64,000 nt of DNA from Escherichia coli (GCF_003334765.1 NZ_QOWT01000010.1), one strand, 5' to 3'. Counted from the first letter of the stretch, positions 13,111-26,050 are shown. Notes: a model not told the origin generated them from the letters alone. Made by a program: numbers and translations.

Positions 13111-13737
13111 TCAGAGATACAGCGAGCGGACGATCAGGAAGTGACCGGCAAAGTAGCAGGCCGCAGCAATCGCGTTATCCGCACGGAAGCGTCGGCGATA
13201 GTGGCTCCCCAGCCAGACAAAGTTACTGATAAACAGCAACGAAGCGCCAACAAACGCAGAGAGCGCCGGAGCGGTCGGACGGAAGAACCACAGTTCACCT
13301 GCCAGCCACACCATCACCAGCGTCATGCCGATAAACGTGCAGATAGGCCAACGGTACTCTTCCAGGCGCGTCCAGATAATCGCCAGTAACAGCGCACCCA
13401 GAACCAGCAGCACCAGTGGTAGAGGCCAGAAGAAAGAGAGCGTCATCTGACTGGCGAAATAGATGGTGTACAGCAGGTGCGAGAGGAAAAACGCGCCGAT
13501 GGCGTACATCAGACGTTGACGTGGCAACAGGGTTAGCGCATCGCCCAGCAGTGAGGCGCACAGCCCTGCCAGCACCAGATAGCTAATGGCGTCGAACATC
13601 GGCGCTTGCCAGGCCAGTAACAGCAGGAGAAGAAGGGTTAACGGTTTAAACACCCAGCGTTGCCAGGTTGGCCCACGATACGATGCATCCACAGATAGCC
13701 ATGCGGAAAGACAGACAGCGATAAACGACCAAAGCAT
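13111..13737 (-). CDS. yhhN: YhhN-family membrane protein
   Basis: 208-aa hydrophobic ORF recognised as YhhN. Confidence 0.8.
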
Positions 13738-13877
13738 CTTAGTTCCTTGAATTCGTTATTTTTTCGTAAGCGGAATGCCTACGGTCTTGCTTCCAGTTTA
13801 GTGGCGAGGGTGGACGGATGACAACACCATAACTGGCAGGGTATGCTTATTTCCGCATTTTCCGATGAGGGATAAAG

Positions 13878-14237
13878 ATGAGCAAACCACCTCTTTTCTT
13901 TATTGTTATCATTGGCTTAATTGTCGTCGCCGCATCGTTTCGTTTTATGCAACAGCGACGGGAAAAAGCTGATAATGATATGGCTCCGCTCCAGCAAAAG
14001 CTGGTGGTGGTGAGCAACAAGCGGGAAAAACCGATTAACGATCGCCGTTCGCGCCAGCAGGAAGTGACTCCGGCAGGCACCAGTATACGCTATGAGGCAA
14101 GCTTCAAACCGCAAAGCGGAGGAATGGAGCAGACGTTTCGCCTCGACGCCCAGCAGTACCACGCCCTGACAGTGGGCGATAAAGGTACGCTGAGCTATAA
14201 AGGAACGCGCTTTGTCAGCTTTGTAGGCGAACAATAA
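13878..14237 (+). CDS. yhhM: Small membrane-anchored protein (DUF2500)
   Basis: 119 aa with N-terminal TM helix; recognised as YhhM. Confidence 0.8.
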   Translation: MSKPPLFFIVIIGLIVVAASFRFMQQRREKADNDMAPLQQKLVVVSNKREKPINDRRSRQQEVTPAGTSIRYEASFKPQSGGMEQTFRLDAQQYHALTVGDKGTLSYKGTRFVSFVGEQ

Positions 14238-14239
14238 GG

Positions 14240-14509
14240 TTATTTTTTAACTTTAAATTTCTTCTGCCAGGCCAGCAGTTCAAACACGCCGAAAAGGAAA
14301 ATCCGTACCTTTTCGGCGGTGGTCATCTGCGGGCCATCTTTCGGTAAAGTGGATTTCAATAGCGCCAGCTGCATACCATGCATCAGCACGGTAAAAATCA
14401 GCGCCACGTTAACGAAGATATTCAGCGGGCGTGGGAAGGGATGCACCAGGTTGAGGATTAAAAATCCCCAAACGCAGAGCATTAACAAACGACCAATATT
14501 AATCAGCAT
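14240..14509 (-). CDS. yhhL: Small inner-membrane protein (DUF1145)
   Basis: Start placed at MLINIGRLLMLCVWGF (89 aa); overlaps the rsmD 3' end by 11 bp. Confidence 0.75.
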   Translation of the reverse strand: MLINIGRLLMLCVWGFLILNLVHPFPRPLNIFVNVALIFTVLMHGMQLALLKSTLPKDGPQMTTAEKVRIFLFGVFELLAWQKKFKVKK

Positions 14510-15095
14510 CACTTTCTCCTTGTGCTTCGCGTTGATACAGCCGATAAGCCACCTGACCCGCCACTTTTTCCCGATGTAATGACCAGTTTGCTGGAACAGT
14601 GGGCAGACCGTTTTCGACTTCGCTTTCGACATAAATCAGGGCTTCGTCAGCCAGCCAGCCGTTATCTTCCAGTAAATTTATCGTCTCTTCTAACAAGCCA
14701 CGGCGGAACGGTGGATCGACAAACACGATATTATGCGGTGTACCTTTTTGCGCCAGGAATGACATCGCGTTGCTGTTCACCACGCGTGCATTGCCTGCTT
14801 TTAGTGTCGCCAGATTCTTAATTAACTGCTGAGAAACCGCGCGATCCATCTCAATCAACGTTGCCCCCGCAGCGTAGCGCGATAACGCTTCCAGCCCCAG
14901 CGCGCCGCTCCCGGCGAAGCAATCCAGACATTGGGCGTCAACAATGACCGGAGCCAGCCAGTTAAACAACGTTTCGCGTACGCGGTCGGTGGTGGGGCGC
15001 AGACCTGGGCTATCAGGAACCGGGAGTTTACGGCCTCGCCACTGCCCGCCAATAATGCGGATTTGGCCGCTGCCGGAATGATTCGGTTTTTTCAT
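14499..15095 (-). CDS. rsmD: 16S rRNA m2G966 methyltransferase
   Basis: 198 aa with SAM-binding motif (LDCFAGSGALGLEALSR) and DPPF motif. Confidence 0.9.
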   Translation of the reverse strand: MKKPNHSGSGQIRIIGGQWRGRKLPVPDSPGLRPTTDRVRETLFNWLAPVIVDAQCLDCFAGSGALGLEALSRYAAGATLIEMDRAVSQQLIKNLATLKAGNARVVNSNAMSFLAQKGTPHNIVFVDPPFRRGLLEETINLLEDNGWLADEALIYVESEVENGLPTVPANWSLHREKVAGQVAYRLYQREAQGESDAD

Positions 15096-15244
15096 GATAA
15101 ATTGCTCAATCCGCCAGATAACACATACTTGCAGGCGGTGATGTGAATTAAGTTAAGTGATAGACTATTTCATCATTTTTTTAGCTGCTATGTACATAGC
15201 GTTAACGCTGTGCCATGAAGCAACAGCGAGGAGTGTAGTCGCAA

Positions 15245-16738
15245 ATGGCGAAAGAAAAAAAACGTGGCTTTTTTTCCTGGCTGGGCTTTGGTCAAAAAGA
15301 GCAGACCCCGGAAAAAGAGACAGAAGTTCAGAATGAACAACCGGTTGTAGAAGAAATCGTTCAGGCGCAAGAGCCTGTGAAGGCCTCTGAACAAGCCGTT
15401 GAAGAGCAGCCGCAAGCGCATACTGAAGCCGAGGCGGAAACTTTTGCTGCCGACGTTGTGGAAGTCACTGAACAGGTTGCTGAAAGTGAAAAAGCGCAGC
15501 CTGAAGCGGAAGTCGTTGCACAGCCGGAACCGGTCGTAGAAGAAACGCCGGAGCCAGTGGCTATCGAACGTGAAGAGCTGCCGTTGCCGGAAGACGTCAA
15601 CGCCGAAGCGGTTTCGCCAGAAGAGTGGCAGGCTGAAGCGGAAACCGTAGAGATTGTCGAAGCGGCGGAAGAAGAAGCGGCTAAAGAAGAAATTACCGAC
15701 GAAGAGCTGGAAACGGCGCTGGCTGCCGAAGCGGCAGAAGAGGCGGTGATGGTGGTTCCTCCGGCAGAAGAAGAGCAGCCGGTGGAAGAAATCGCTCAGG
15801 AGCAGGAAAAACCGACCAAAGAAGGTTTTTTCGCGCGCCTGAAACGCAGCCTGTTAAAAACCAAAGAAAATCTCGGTTCCGGATTTATCAGCCTGTTCCG
15901 CGGTAAAAAAATCGACGATGATCTGTTTGAGGAGCTGGAAGAGCAGCTTTTGATCGCCGATGTGGGTGTGGAAACCACACGTAAAATTATCACCAATCTG
16001 ACGGAAGGCGCATCCCGCAAGCAGCTTCGTGACGCCGAGGCGCTCTATGGCCAGCTGAAAGAAGAGATGGGCGAGATTCTGGCGAAAGTCGATGAGCCGC
16101 TGAATGTTGAAGGCAAAGCGCCGTTTGTGATCCTGATGGTGGGCGTCAACGGTGTGGGTAAAACCACGACGATTGGTAAGCTGGCGCGTCAGTTTGAGCA
16201 GCAGGGTAAATCGGTGATGCTGGCGGCGGGTGATACTTTCCGTGCAGCTGCGGTTGAACAGCTTCAGGTCTGGGGTCAGCGCAACAATATTCCGGTGATT
16301 GCCCAGCATACCGGGGCGGATTCCGCCTCTGTTATCTTCGACGCCATTCAGGCAGCTAAAGCGCGTAATATCGACGTCCTGATTGCCGATACAGCCGGAC
16401 GCCTGCAGAACAAATCGCACCTGATGGAAGAGTTGAAGAAAATCGTCCGCGTGATGAAGAAACTCGACGTTGAAGCGCCGCATGAAGTTATGCTGACTAT
16501 TGATGCCAGCACCGGGCAGAACGCGGTAAGCCAGGCCAAACTGTTCCATGAAGCCGTTGGCTTAACCGGCATCACGCTAACGAAACTGGACGGCACGGCG
16601 AAAGGCGGGGTAATTTTCTCGGTGGCTGACCAGTTTGGTATCCCTATCCGCTACATTGGTGTCGGCGAACGTATTGAGGATTTGCGTCCGTTTAAGGCGG
16701 ACGACTTTATAGAGGCACTTTTTGCCCGAGAGGATTAA
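15245..16738 (+). CDS. ftsY: Signal recognition particle receptor FtsY
   Basis: 497 aa; acidic low-complexity N-terminal A domain then SRP GTPase NG domain (GVNGVGKTT, DTAGR, TKLD). Confidence 0.95.
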   Translation: MAKEKKRGFFSWLGFGQKEQTPEKETEVQNEQPVVEEIVQAQEPVKASEQAVEEQPQAHTEAEAETFAADVVEVTEQVAESEKAQPEAEVVAQPEPVVEETPEPVAIEREELPLPEDVNAEAVSPEEWQAEAETVEIVEAAEEEAAKEEITDEELETALAAEAAEEAVMVVPPAEEEQPVEEIAQEQEKPTKEGFFARLKRSLLKTKENLGSGFISLFRGKKIDDDLFEELEEQLLIADVGVETTRKIITNLTEGASRKQLRDAEALYGQLKEEMGEILAKVDEPLNVEGKAPFVILMVGVNGVGKTTTIGKLARQFEQQGKSVMLAAGDTFRAAAVEQLQVWGQRNNIPVIAQHTGADSASVIFDAIQAAKARNIDVLIADTAGRLQNKSHLMEELKKIVRVMKKLDVEAPHEVMLTIDASTGQNAVSQAKLFHEAVGLTGITLTKLDGTAKGGVIFSVADQFGIPIRYIGVGERIEDLRPFKADDFIEALFARED

Positions 16739-16740
16739 CA

Positions 16741-17409
16741 ATGATTCGCTTTGAACATGTCAGCAAGGCTTATCTCGGTGGGAGACAGGCGCTGCAGGGC
16801 GTTACGTTCCATATGCAGCCGGGTGAGATGGCGTTTCTGACCGGTCATTCCGGCGCAGGGAAAAGTACCCTCCTGAAGCTGATCTGTGGGATTGAGCGGC
16901 CCAGCGCCGGGAAAATCTGGTTTAGCGGCCATGACATCACGCGTCTGAAAAACCGTGAAGTTCCGTTTCTGCGCCGCCAGATTGGCATGATTTTCCAGGA
17001 TCACCATCTACTGATGGACCGTACTGTCTACGATAACGTGGCGATCCCGCTGATTATCGCCGGTGCCAGCGGTGACGATATTCGTCGCCGGGTGTCGGCG
17101 GCGCTGGATAAAGTCGGGCTACTGGACAAAGCGAAGAACTTCCCTATTCAGCTTTCGGGCGGTGAACAACAGCGTGTTGGCATTGCCCGCGCGGTGGTGA
17201 ACAAGCCCGCGGTACTGCTGGCGGACGAACCGACTGGTAACCTGGACGACGCGCTGTCGGAAGGCATTTTACGTCTGTTTGAAGAGTTTAACCGCGTTGG
17301 GGTAACCGTATTGATGGCAACGCACGACATCAACCTGATCTCGCGGCGTTCCTATCGCATGCTCACCCTGAGCGATGGTCACTTGCATGGAGGCGTGGGC
17401 CATGAATAA
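16741..17409 (+). CDS. ftsE: Cell-division ABC ATPase FtsE
   Basis: 222 aa; Walker [10 protein letters not shown] and LSGGEQQR signature. Confidence 0.95.
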
Positions 17410-18460
17410 GCGCGATGCAATCAATCATATTCGGCAGTTTGGCGGGCGTCTTGATCGCTTCCGTAAATCGGTCGGCGGCTCAGGCGACGGCGGTCGTAAC
17501 GCACCAAAACGCGCGAAATCCTCGCCAAAACCGGTAAATCGCAAAACCAACGTTTTCAACGAACAGGTGCGCTATGCCTTCCACGGCGCATTGCAGGATC
17601 TGAAAAGCAAACCGTTCGCCACGTTTTTAACGGTGATGGTTATCGCCATTTCTCTGACGCTGCCCAGCGTCTGTTATATGGTGTACAAAAACGTTAACCA
17701 GGCGGCGACGCAGTATTATCCGTCACCGCAAATCACTGTTTATCTGCAAAAAACGCTGGACGATGACGCTGCTGCGGGCGTGGTGGCACAGTTGCAGGCC
17801 GAGCAAGGCGTGGAGAAAGTGAACTATCTTTCTCGTGAAGACGCACTGGGTGAGTTCCGTAACTGGTCTGGTTTTGGTGGTGCGCTGGATATGCTGGAAG
17901 AAAACCCGCTTCCGGCAGTGGCGGTGGTGATCCCGAAACTCGATTTCCAGGGGACGGAATCACTGAATACGCTGCGTGATCGTATCACGCAGATTAACGG
18001 CATTGACGAAGTGCGGATGGATGACAGCTGGTTTGCCCGTCTGGCGGCGTTGACCGGGCTGGTCGGGCGCGTTTCGGCGATGATCGGCGTGTTGATGGTG
18101 GCGGCCGTGTTCCTCGTCATCGGTAACAGTGTGCGTCTGAGTATCTTTGCTCGCCGTGACTCCATTAACGTACAGAAACTGATTGGTGCGACAGATGGAT
18201 TCATCCTGCGCCCGTTCCTGTATGGTGGCGCACTGCTGGGATTTTCTGGCGCATTGTTGTCATTAATTTTGTCAGAAATTCTGGTGCTGCGATTGTCATC
18301 GGCGGTTGCGGAAGTGGCACAGGTTTTCGGAACGAAGTTTGATATCAATGGCTTATCATTCGATGAATGCCTGCTATTGCTGCTGGTATGCTCGATGATT
18401 GGCTGGGTGGCAGCGTGGCTTGCCACGGTACAACATTTACGCCACTTTACGCCTGAATAA
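17402..18460 (+). CDS. ftsX: Cell-division ABC permease-like protein FtsX
   Basis: Start placed at [12 protein letters not shown] (352 aa), overlapping the ftsE 3' end; 4 TM segments. Confidence 0.93.
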
Positions 18461-18584
18461 TAAAAGCGTGTTATACTCTTTCCCTGCAATGGGTTCCGTA
18501 GCAGGGAAAGAGACCCCGTTGTCTCTTCCCGGTATTTCATCTCTATGTCACATTTTGTGCGTAATTTATTCACAAGCTTGCATT

Positions 18585-18611
18585 GAACTTGTGGATAAAA
18601 TCACGGTCTGA
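18585..18611 (+). promoter_or_regulatory. SigmaE-type promoter (rpoH P3-like), GAACTT-N16-TCTGA
   Basis: GAACTT at 18585-18590 and TCTGA at 18607-18611 with 16-bp spacer, about 95 bp upstream of rpoH; matches the extracytoplasmic sigma-E consensus. Confidence 0.65.
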
Positions 18612-18704
18612 TAAAACAGTGAATGATAACCTCGTTGCTCTTAAGCTCTGGCACAGTTGTTGCTACCACTGAAGCGCCAGAAGATATCGATTGAGAGGAT
18701 TTGA

Positions 18705-19559
18705 ATGACTGACAAAATGCAAAGTTTAGCTTTAGCCCCAGTTGGCAACCTGGATTCCTACATCCGGGCAGCTAACGCGTGGCCGATGTTGTCGGCTGAC
18801 GAGGAGCGGGCGCTGGCTGAAAAGCTGCATTACCATGGCGATCTGGAAGCAGCTAAAACGCTGATCCTGTCTCACCTGCGGTTTGTTGTTCATATTGCTC
18901 GTAATTATGCGGGCTATGGCCTGCCACAGGCGGATTTGATTCAGGAAGGTAACATCGGCCTGATGAAAGCAGTGCGCCGTTTCAACCCGGAAGTGGGTGT
19001 GCGCCTGGTCTCCTTCGCCGTTCACTGGATCAAAGCAGAGATCCACGAATACGTTCTGCGTAACTGGCGTATCGTCAAAGTTGCGACCACCAAAGCGCAG
19101 CGCAAACTGTTCTTCAACCTGCGTAAAACCAAGCAGCGTCTGGGCTGGTTTAACCAGGATGAAGTCGAAATGGTGGCCCGTGAACTGGGCGTAACCAGCA
19201 AAGACGTACGTGAGATGGAATCACGTATGGCGGCACAGGACATGACCTTTGACCTGTCTTCCGACGACGATTCCGACAGCCAGCCGATGGCTCCGGTGCT
19301 CTATCTGCAGGATAAATCATCTAACTTTGCCGACGGCATTGAAGATGATAACTGGGAAGAGCAGGCGGCAAACCGTCTGACCGACGCGATGCAGGGTCTG
19401 GACGAACGCAGCCAGGACATCATCCGTGCGCGCTGGCTGGACGAAGACAACAAGTCCACGTTGCAGGAACTGGCTGACCGTTACGGCGTTTCCGCTGAGC
19501 GTGTACGCCAGCTGGAAAAGAACGCGATGAAAAAATTGCGTGCTGCCATTGAAGCGTAA
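18705..19559 (+). CDS. rpoH: RNA polymerase sigma-32 (heat-shock sigma factor)
   Basis: 284 aa; sigma-70-family regions 2 and 4 and the RpoH box (QRKLFFNLR). Confidence 0.97.
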   Translation: MTDKMQSLALAPVGNLDSYIRAANAWPMLSADEERALAEKLHYHGDLEAAKTLILSHLRFVVHIARNYAGYGLPQADLIQEGNIGLMKAVRRFNPEVGVRLVSFAVHWIKAEIHEYVLRNWRIVKVATTKAQRKLFFNLRKTKQRLGWFNQDEVEMVARELGVTSKDVREMESRMAAQDMTFDLSSDDDSDSQPMAPVLYLQDKSSNFADGIEDDNWEEQAANRLTDAMQGLDERSQDIIRARWLDEDNKSTLQELADRYGVSAERVRQLEKNAMKKLRAAIEA

Positions 19560-19580
19560 TTTCCGCTATTAAGCAGAGAA

Positions 19581-19612
19581 CCCTGGATGAGAGTCCGGGG
19601 TTTTTGTTTTTT
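19581..19612 (+). terminator. Rho-independent terminator of rpoH
   Basis: Hairpin CCCTGGA-N6-TCCGGGG followed by TTTTTGTTTTTT. Confidence 0.75.
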
Positions 19613-19829
19613 GGGCCTCTGTAATAATCAATTTCCCCTCCGGCAAAACGCCAATCCCCACGCAGATTGTTAATAAACTGTCAAAATAGCTATTCCAATA
19701 TCATAAAAATCGGGTATGTTTTAGCAGAGTATGCTGCTAAAGCACGGGTAGTCATGCATAAAACGAAACAAAGTGCTGAAAAACAACATCACAACACACG
19801 TAATAACCAGAAGAATGGGGATTCTCAGG

Positions 19830-20933
19830 ATGAACATAAAGGGTAAAGCGTTACTGGCAGGATGTATCGCGCTGGCATTCAGCAATATGGCTCTGGCAGA
19901 AGATATTAAAGTCGCGGTCGTGGGCGCAATGTCCGGTCCGGTTGCGCAGTACGGTGACCAGGAGTTTACCGGCGCAGAGCAGGCGGTTGCGGATATCAAC
20001 GCTAAAGGCGGCATTAAAGGCAACAAACTGCAAATCGTAAAATATGACGATGCCTGTGACCCGAAACAGGCGGTTGCGGTGGCGAACAAAGTCGTTAACG
20101 ACGGCATTAAATATGTGATTGGTCACCTCTGTTCTTCATCAACGCAGCCTGCGTCTGACATCTACGAAGACGAAGGCATTTTAATGATCACCCCAGCGGC
20201 AACCGCGCCGGAGCTGACCGCCCGTGGCTATCAGCTGATCCTGCGCACCACCGGCCTGGACTCCGACCAGGGGCCGACGGCGGCGAAATATATTCTTGAG
20301 AAAGTGAAACCGCAGCGTATTGCTATCGTTCACGACAAACAGCAATACGGCGAAGGTCTGGCGCGAGCGGTGCAGGACGGCCTGAAGAAAGGCAATGCAA
20401 ACGTGGTGTTCTTTGATGGCATCACCGCCGGGGAAAAAGATTTCTCAACGCTGGTGGCGCGTCTGAAAAAAGAGAATATCGACTTCGTTTACTACGGCGG
20501 TTATCACCCGGAAATGGGGCAAATCCTGCGTCAGGCACGCGCGGCAGGGCTGAAAACTCAGTTTATGGGGCCGGAAGGTGTGGCTAACGTTTCGCTGTCT
20601 AACATTGCGGGCGAATCAGCGGAAGGGCTGCTGGTGACCAAGCCGAAGAACTACGATCAGGTTCCGGCGAACAAACCCATTGTTGACGCGATCAAAGCGA
20701 AAAAACAGGACCCAAGTGGCGCATTCGTTTGGACCACCTACGCCGCGCTGCAATCTTTGCAGGCGGGCCTGAATCAGTCTGACGATCCGGCTGAAATCGC
20801 CAAATACCTGAAAGCGAACTCCGTGGATACCGTAATGGGACCGCTGACCTGGGATGAGAAAGGCGATCTGAAAGGCTTTGAGTTCGGCGTATTTGACTGG
20901 CACGCCAACGGCACGGCGACCGATGCGAAGTAA
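19830..20933 (+). CDS. livJ: Leu/Ile/Val-binding periplasmic protein
   Basis: Start placed at [23 protein letters not shown] (signal peptide; 367 aa); about 80% identical to the livK product in this window. Confidence 0.93.
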   Translation: MNIKGKALLAGCIALAFSNMALAEDIKVAVVGAMSGPVAQYGDQEFTGAEQAVADINAKGGIKGNKLQIVKYDDACDPKQAVAVANKVVNDGIKYVIGHLCSSSTQPASDIYEDEGILMITPAATAPELTARGYQLILRTTGLDSDQGPTAAKYILEKVKPQRIAIVHDKQQYGEGLARAVQDGLKKGNANVVFFDGITAGEKDFSTLVARLKKENIDFVYYGGYHPEMGQILRQARAAGLKTQFMGPEGVANVSLSNIAGESAEGLLVTKPKNYDQVPANKPIVDAIKAKKQDPSGAFVWTTYAALQSLQAGLNQSDDPAEIAKYLKANSVDTVMGPLTWDEKGDLKGFEFGVFDWHANGTATDAK

Positions 20934-20989
20934 TCATTAATCGGCAACTTTGGGTTGCCGCCAAATTGCTAATATCGAGTACGTTGCTT

Positions 20990-21093
<104 letters not shown>

Positions 21094-21120
21094 TATCACT
21101 TTTGAAATCAAACTTGACGA

Positions 21121-21504
21121 TTAACACTTCTCCCAGCCGCCCTGTTGTGCCGTAAACCCCAGCGCCTGCATAAACGCCGTCATCACACCGCGATCTTCCA
21201 CGCCTGCATCCGCCATCCACCAGCATGAAACGCCAGGATTGTTACGCAAAACCTCTTCCAGCAGATATTGCCCCACACCGCGACGGCGGGTGACTTCCCG
21301 CACGCGCAGGGAATCCAGTGCTCCCTCGGTGCCGCTTAAGGTTACCCGCACGGCAGCGAGCAGGCGCTCGTTAAAACGCGCGGCGTAGATACGGTGGTTA
21401 TCGTCAACCTGTAACGAGGAAGGGGAATACTCCGGCCAGATCTTTTGCAGGTCAATCCGGTCTTGGTCGCTAAATTTTTCTAATCGAATGATGGTCAGCT
21501 TCAT
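21121..21504 (-). CDS. panM: PanD maturation factor (GNAT-fold)
   Basis: 127-aa ORF recognised as PanM/YhhK. Confidence 0.8.
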   Translation of the reverse strand: MKLTIIRLEKFSDQDRIDLQKIWPEYSPSSLQVDDNHRIYAARFNERLLAAVRVTLSGTEGALDSLRVREVTRRRGVGQYLLEEVLRNNPGVSCWWMADAGVEDRGVMTAFMQALGFTAQQGGWEKC

Positions 21505-21927
21505 GGGTAACCCGTGTAAATCACAAAAGTGGAACCAGTGTAGCGAAATAATTTAATCGGAGGCTTTCTCTTTTTTATTTCTTTTGGCAGGTGATTAATT
21601 TTTTAACAGCAATAATTACAAAGTTAAAACATTAGAGAATGAAAAATGTCCAGCATAATCCCCTGAATGATAGTGAATTATTCCGCCCTTTGTGCCGTTA
21701 TTTTATGCTGACAAAGGCACTTTTTTCTGTTTATCTATCAATAAATTCAGAATATTATCTGTTCTTAATCGACTGAAAAATAGGGATTTTAATCGCTATT
21801 ATCACAAAATACTGCGCTAACCCCTTAATCAGACAGGCAAAAACAGTGCAGTATAAAAAAAGAACAGTCTGATTTGTTAACACATAAAAACAAAGCAACA
21901 CAACATCACGAATGGGGATTTTTGACT

Positions 21928-23037
21928 ATGAAACGGAATGCGAAAACTATCATCGCAGGGATGATTGCACTGGCAATTTCACACACCGCTATGGCTGACG
22001 ATATTAAAGTCGCCGTTGTCGGCGCGATGTCCGGCCCGATTGCCCAGTGGGGCGATATGGAATTTAACGGCGCGCGTCAGGCAATTAAAGACATTAATGC
22101 CAAAGGGGGAATTAAGGGCGATAAACTGGTTGGCGTGGAATATGACGACGCATGCGACCCGAAACAAGCCGTTGCGGTCGCCAACAAAATCGTTAATGAC
22201 GGCATTAAATACGTTATTGGTCATCTGTGTTCTTCTTCTACCCAGCCTGCGTCAGATATCTATGAAGACGAAGGTATTCTGATGATCTCGCCGGGAGCGA
22301 CCAACCCGGAGCTGACCCAACGCGGTTATCAACACATTATGCGTACTGCCGGGCTGGACTCTTCCCAGGGGCCAACGGCGGCAAAATACATTCTTGAGAC
22401 GGTGAAGCCCCAGCGCATCGCCATCATTCACGACAAACAACAGTATGGCGAAGGGCTGGCGCGTTCGGTGCAGGACGGGCTGAAAGCGGCTAACGCCAAC
22501 GTCGTCTTCTTCGACGGTATTACCGCCGGGGAGAAAGATTTCTCCGCGCTGATCGCCCGCCTGAAAAAAGAAAACATCGACTTCGTTTACTACGGCGGTT
22601 ACTACCCGGAAATGGGGCAGATGCTGCGCCAGGCCCGTTCCGTTGGCCTGAAAACCCAGTTTATGGGGCCGGAAGGTGTGGGTAATGCGTCGTTGTCGAA
22701 CATTGCCGGTGATGCCGCCGAAGGCATGTTGGTCACTATGCCAAAACGCTATGACCAGGATCCGGCAAACCAGGGCATCGTTGATGCGCTGAAAGCAGAC
22801 AAGAAAGATCCGTCCGGGCCTTATGTCTGGATCACCTACGCGGCGGTGCAATCTCTGGCGACTGCCCTTGAGCGTACCGGCAGCGATGAGCCGCTGGCGC
22901 TGGTGAAAGATTTAAAAGCTAACGGTGCAAACACCGTGATTGGGCCGCTGAACTGGGATGAAAAAGGCGATCTTAAGGGATTTGATTTTGGTGTCTTCCA
23001 GTGGCACGCCGACGGTTCATCCACGGCAGCCAAGTGA
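21928..23037 (+). CDS. livK: Leucine-specific periplasmic binding protein
   Basis: Start placed at [23 protein letters not shown] (369 aa); paralog of livJ. Confidence 0.93.
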
Positions 23038-23084
23038 TCATCCCACCGCCCGTAAAATGCGGGCGGGTTTAGAAAGGTTACCTT

Positions 23085-24011
23085 ATGTCTGAGCAGTTTT
23101 TGTATTTCTTGCAGCAGATGTTTAACGGCGTCACGCTGGGCAGTACCTACGCGCTGATAGCCATCGGCTACACCATGGTTTACGGCATTATCGGCATGAT
23201 CAACTTCGCCCACGGCGAGGTTTATATGATTGGCAGCTACGTCTCATTTATGATCATCGCCGCGCTGATGATGATGGGCATTGATACCGGCTGGCTGCTG
23301 GTAGCTGCGGGATTCGTCGGCGCAATCGTCATTGCCAGCGCCTACGGCTGGAGTATCGAACGGGTGGCTTACCGCCCGGTGCGTAACTCTAAGCGCCTGA
23401 TTGCACTCATCTCTGCAATCGGTATGTCCATCTTCCTGCAAAACTACGTCAGCCTGACCGAAGGTTCGCGCGACGTGGCGCTGCCGAGCCTGTTTAACGG
23501 TCAGTGGGTGGTGGGGCATAGCGAAAACTTCTCTGCCTCTATTACCACCATGCAGGCGGTGATCTGGATTGTTACCTTCCTCGCCATGCTGGCGCTGACG
23601 ATTTTCATTCGCTATTCCCGCATGGGTCGCGCGTGTCGTGCCTGCGCGGAAGATCTGAAAATGGCGAGTCTGCTTGGCATTAACACCGACCGGGTGATTG
23701 CGCTGACCTTTGTGATTGGCGCGGCGATGGCGGCGGTGGCGGGTGTGCTGCTCGGTCAGTTCTACGGCGTCATTAACCCCTACATCGGCTTTATGGCCGG
23801 GATGAAAGCCTTTACCGCGGCGGTGCTCGGTGGGATTGGCAGCATTCCGGGAGCGATGATTGGCGGCCTGATTCTGGGGATTGCGGAGGCGCTCTCTTCT
23901 GCCTATCTGAGTACGGAATATAAAGATGTGGTCTCATTCGCCCTGCTGATTCTGGTGCTGCTGGTGATGCCGACCGGTATTCTGGGTCGCCCGGAGGTAG
24001 AGAAAGTATGA
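23085..24011 (+). CDS. livH: Branched-chain amino acid ABC permease
   Basis: 308-aa hydrophobic permease; operon position after livK. Confidence 0.93.
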   Translation: MSEQFLYFLQQMFNGVTLGSTYALIAIGYTMVYGIIGMINFAHGEVYMIGSYVSFMIIAALMMMGIDTGWLLVAAGFVGAIVIASAYGWSIERVAYRPVRNSKRLIALISAIGMSIFLQNYVSLTEGSRDVALPSLFNGQWVVGHSENFSASITTMQAVIWIVTFLAMLALTIFIRYSRMGRACRACAEDLKMASLLGINTDRVIALTFVIGAAMAAVAGVLLGQFYGVINPYIGFMAGMKAFTAAVLGGIGSIPGAMIGGLILGIAEALSSAYLSTEYKDVVSFALLILVLLVMPTGILGRPEVEKV

Positions 24012-25285
24012 AACCGATGCATATTGCAATGGCGCTGCTCTCTGCCGCGATGTTCTTTGTGCTGGCGGGCGTCTTTATGGGCGTGCAACTGGAGCTGGAT
24101 GGCACCAAACTGGTGGTCGACACGGCTTCGGATGTCCGTTGGCAGTGGGTGTTTATCGGCACGGCGGTGGTCTTTTTCTTCCAGCTTTTGCGACCGGCTT
24201 TCCAGAAAGGGTTGAAAAGCGTTTCCGGACCGAAGTTTATTCTGCCCGCCATTGATGGCTCCACGGTGAAGCAGAAACTGTTCCTCGTGGCGCTGTTGGT
24301 GCTTGCGGTGGCGTGGCCGTTTATGGTTTCACGCGGGACGGTGGATATTGCCACCCTGACCATGATCTACATTATCCTCGGTCTCGGGCTGAACGTGGTT
24401 GTTGGTCTTTCTGGTCTGCTGGTGCTGGGGTACGGCGGTTTTTACGCCATCGGCGCTTACACTTTTGCGCTGCTCAATCACTATTACGGCTTGGGCTTCT
24501 GGACCTGCCTGCCGATTGCTGGATTAATGGCAGCGGCGGCGGGCTTCCTGCTCGGTTTTCCGGTGCTGCGTTTGCGCGGTGACTATCTGGCGATCGTTAC
24601 CCTCGGTTTCGGCGAAATTGTGCGCATATTGCTGCTCAATAACACCGAAATTACCGGCGGCCCGAACGGAATCAGTCAGATCCCGAAACCGACACTCTTC
24701 GGACTCGAGTTCAGCCGTACCGCTCGTGAAGGCGGCTGGGACACGTTCAGTAATTTCTTTGGCCTGAAATACGATCCCTCCGATCGTGTCATCTTCCTCT
24801 ACCTGGTGGCGTTGCTGCTGGTGGTGCTAAGCCTGTTTGTCATTAACCGCCTGCTGCGGATGCCGCTGGGGCGTGCGTGGGAAGCGTTGCGTGAAGATGA
24901 AATCGCCTGCCGTTCGCTGGGCTTAAGCCCGCGTCGTATCAAGCTGACTGCCTTTACCATAAGTGCCGCGTTTGCCGGTTTTGCCGGAACGCTGTTTGCG
25001 GCGCGTCAGGGCTTTGTCAGCCCGGAATCCTTCACCTTTGCCGAATCGGCGTTTGTGCTGGCGATAGTGGTGCTCGGCGGTATGGGCTCGCAATTTGCGG
25101 TGATTCTGGCGGCAATTTTGCTGGTGGTGTCGCGCGAGTTGATGCGTGATTTCAACGAATACAGCATGTTAATGCTCGGTGGTTTGATGGTGCTGATGAT
25201 GATCTGGCGTCCGCAGGGCTTGCTGCCCATGACGCGCCCGCAACTGAAGCTGAAAAACGGCGCAGCGAAAGGAGAGCAGGCATGA
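24008..25285 (+). CDS. livM: Branched-chain amino acid ABC permease
   Basis: 425-aa permease; 4-bp overlap with livH. Confidence 0.93.
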   Translation: MKPMHIAMALLSAAMFFVLAGVFMGVQLELDGTKLVVDTASDVRWQWVFIGTAVVFFFQLLRPAFQKGLKSVSGPKFILPAIDGSTVKQKLFLVALLVLAVAWPFMVSRGTVDIATLTMIYIILGLGLNVVVGLSGLLVLGYGGFYAIGAYTFALLNHYYGLGFWTCLPIAGLMAAAAGFLLGFPVLRLRGDYLAIVTLGFGEIVRILLLNNTEITGGPNGISQIPKPTLFGLEFSRTAREGGWDTFSNFFGLKYDPSDRVIFLYLVALLLVVLSLFVINRLLRMPLGRAWEALREDEIACRSLGLSPRRIKLTAFTISAAFAGFAGTLFAARQGFVSPESFTFAESAFVLAIVVLGGMGSQFAVILAAILLVVSRELMRDFNEYSMLMLGGLMVLMMIWRPQGLLPMTRPQLKLKNGAAKGEQA

Positions 25286-26049
25286 GTCAGCCATTATTAT
25301 CTGTTAACGGCCTGATGATGCGCTTCGGCGGCCTGCTGGCGGTGAACAACGTCAATCTTGAACTGTACCCGCAGGAGATCGTCTCGTTAATCGGCCCTAA
25401 CGGTGCCGGAAAAACCACGGTTTTTAACTGTCTGACCGGATTCTACAAACCCACCGGCGGCACCATTTTACTGCGCGATCAGCACCTGGAAGGTTTACCG
25501 GGGCAGCAAATTGCCCGCATGGGCGTGGTGCGCACCTTCCAGCATGTGCGTCTGTTCCGTGAAATGACGGTAATTGAAAACCTGCTGGTGGCGCAGCATC
25601 AGCAACTGAAAACCGGGCTGTTCTCTGGCCTGTTGAAAACGCCATCCTTCCGTCGCGCCCAGAGCGAAGCGCTCGACCGCGCCGCGACCTGGCTTGAGCG
25701 CATTGGTTTGCTGGAACACGCCAACCGTCAGGCGAGTAACCTGGCCTATGGTGACCAGCGCCGTCTTGAGATTGCCCGCTGCATGGTGACGCAGCCGGAG
25801 ATTTTAATGCTCGACGAACCTGCGGCAGGTCTTAACCCGAAAGAGACGAAAGAGCTGGATGAGCTGATTGCCGAACTGCGCAATCATCACAACACCACTA
25901 TCTTGTTGATTGAACACGATATGAAGCTGGTGATGGGAATTTCGGACCGAATTTACGTGGTCAATCAGGGGACGCCGCTGGCAAACGGTACGCCGGAGCA
26001 GATCCGTAATAACCCGGACGTGATCCGTGCCTATTTAGGTGAGGCATAA
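25282..26049 (+). CDS. livG: Branched-chain amino acid ABC ATPase
   Basis: 255 aa; Walker [10 protein letters not shown]; 4-bp overlap with livM. Confidence 0.93.
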   Translation: MSQPLLSVNGLMMRFGGLLAVNNVNLELYPQEIVSLIGPNGAGKTTVFNCLTGFYKPTGGTILLRDQHLEGLPGQQIARMGVVRTFQHVRLFREMTVIENLLVAQHQQLKTGLFSGLLKTPSFRRAQSEALDRAATWLERIGLLEHANRQASNLAYGDQRRLEIARCMVTQPEILMLDEPAAGLNPKETKELDELIAELRNHHNTTILLIEHDMKLVMGISDRIYVVNQGTPLANGTPEQIRNNPDVIRAYLGEA

Positions 26050-26050
26050 G

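Noticed and set aside
15290-15800. Repetitive acidic region that might look like a DNA repeat array
   Set aside because: It is the coding sequence of the FtsY acidic A domain (E/A/P/Q/V-rich); protein-level low complexity, not a CRISPR or tandem DNA repeat.
15854-16549. 231-aa ORF antisense to ftsY
   Set aside because: Shadow ORF inside the conserved ftsY GTPase domain.
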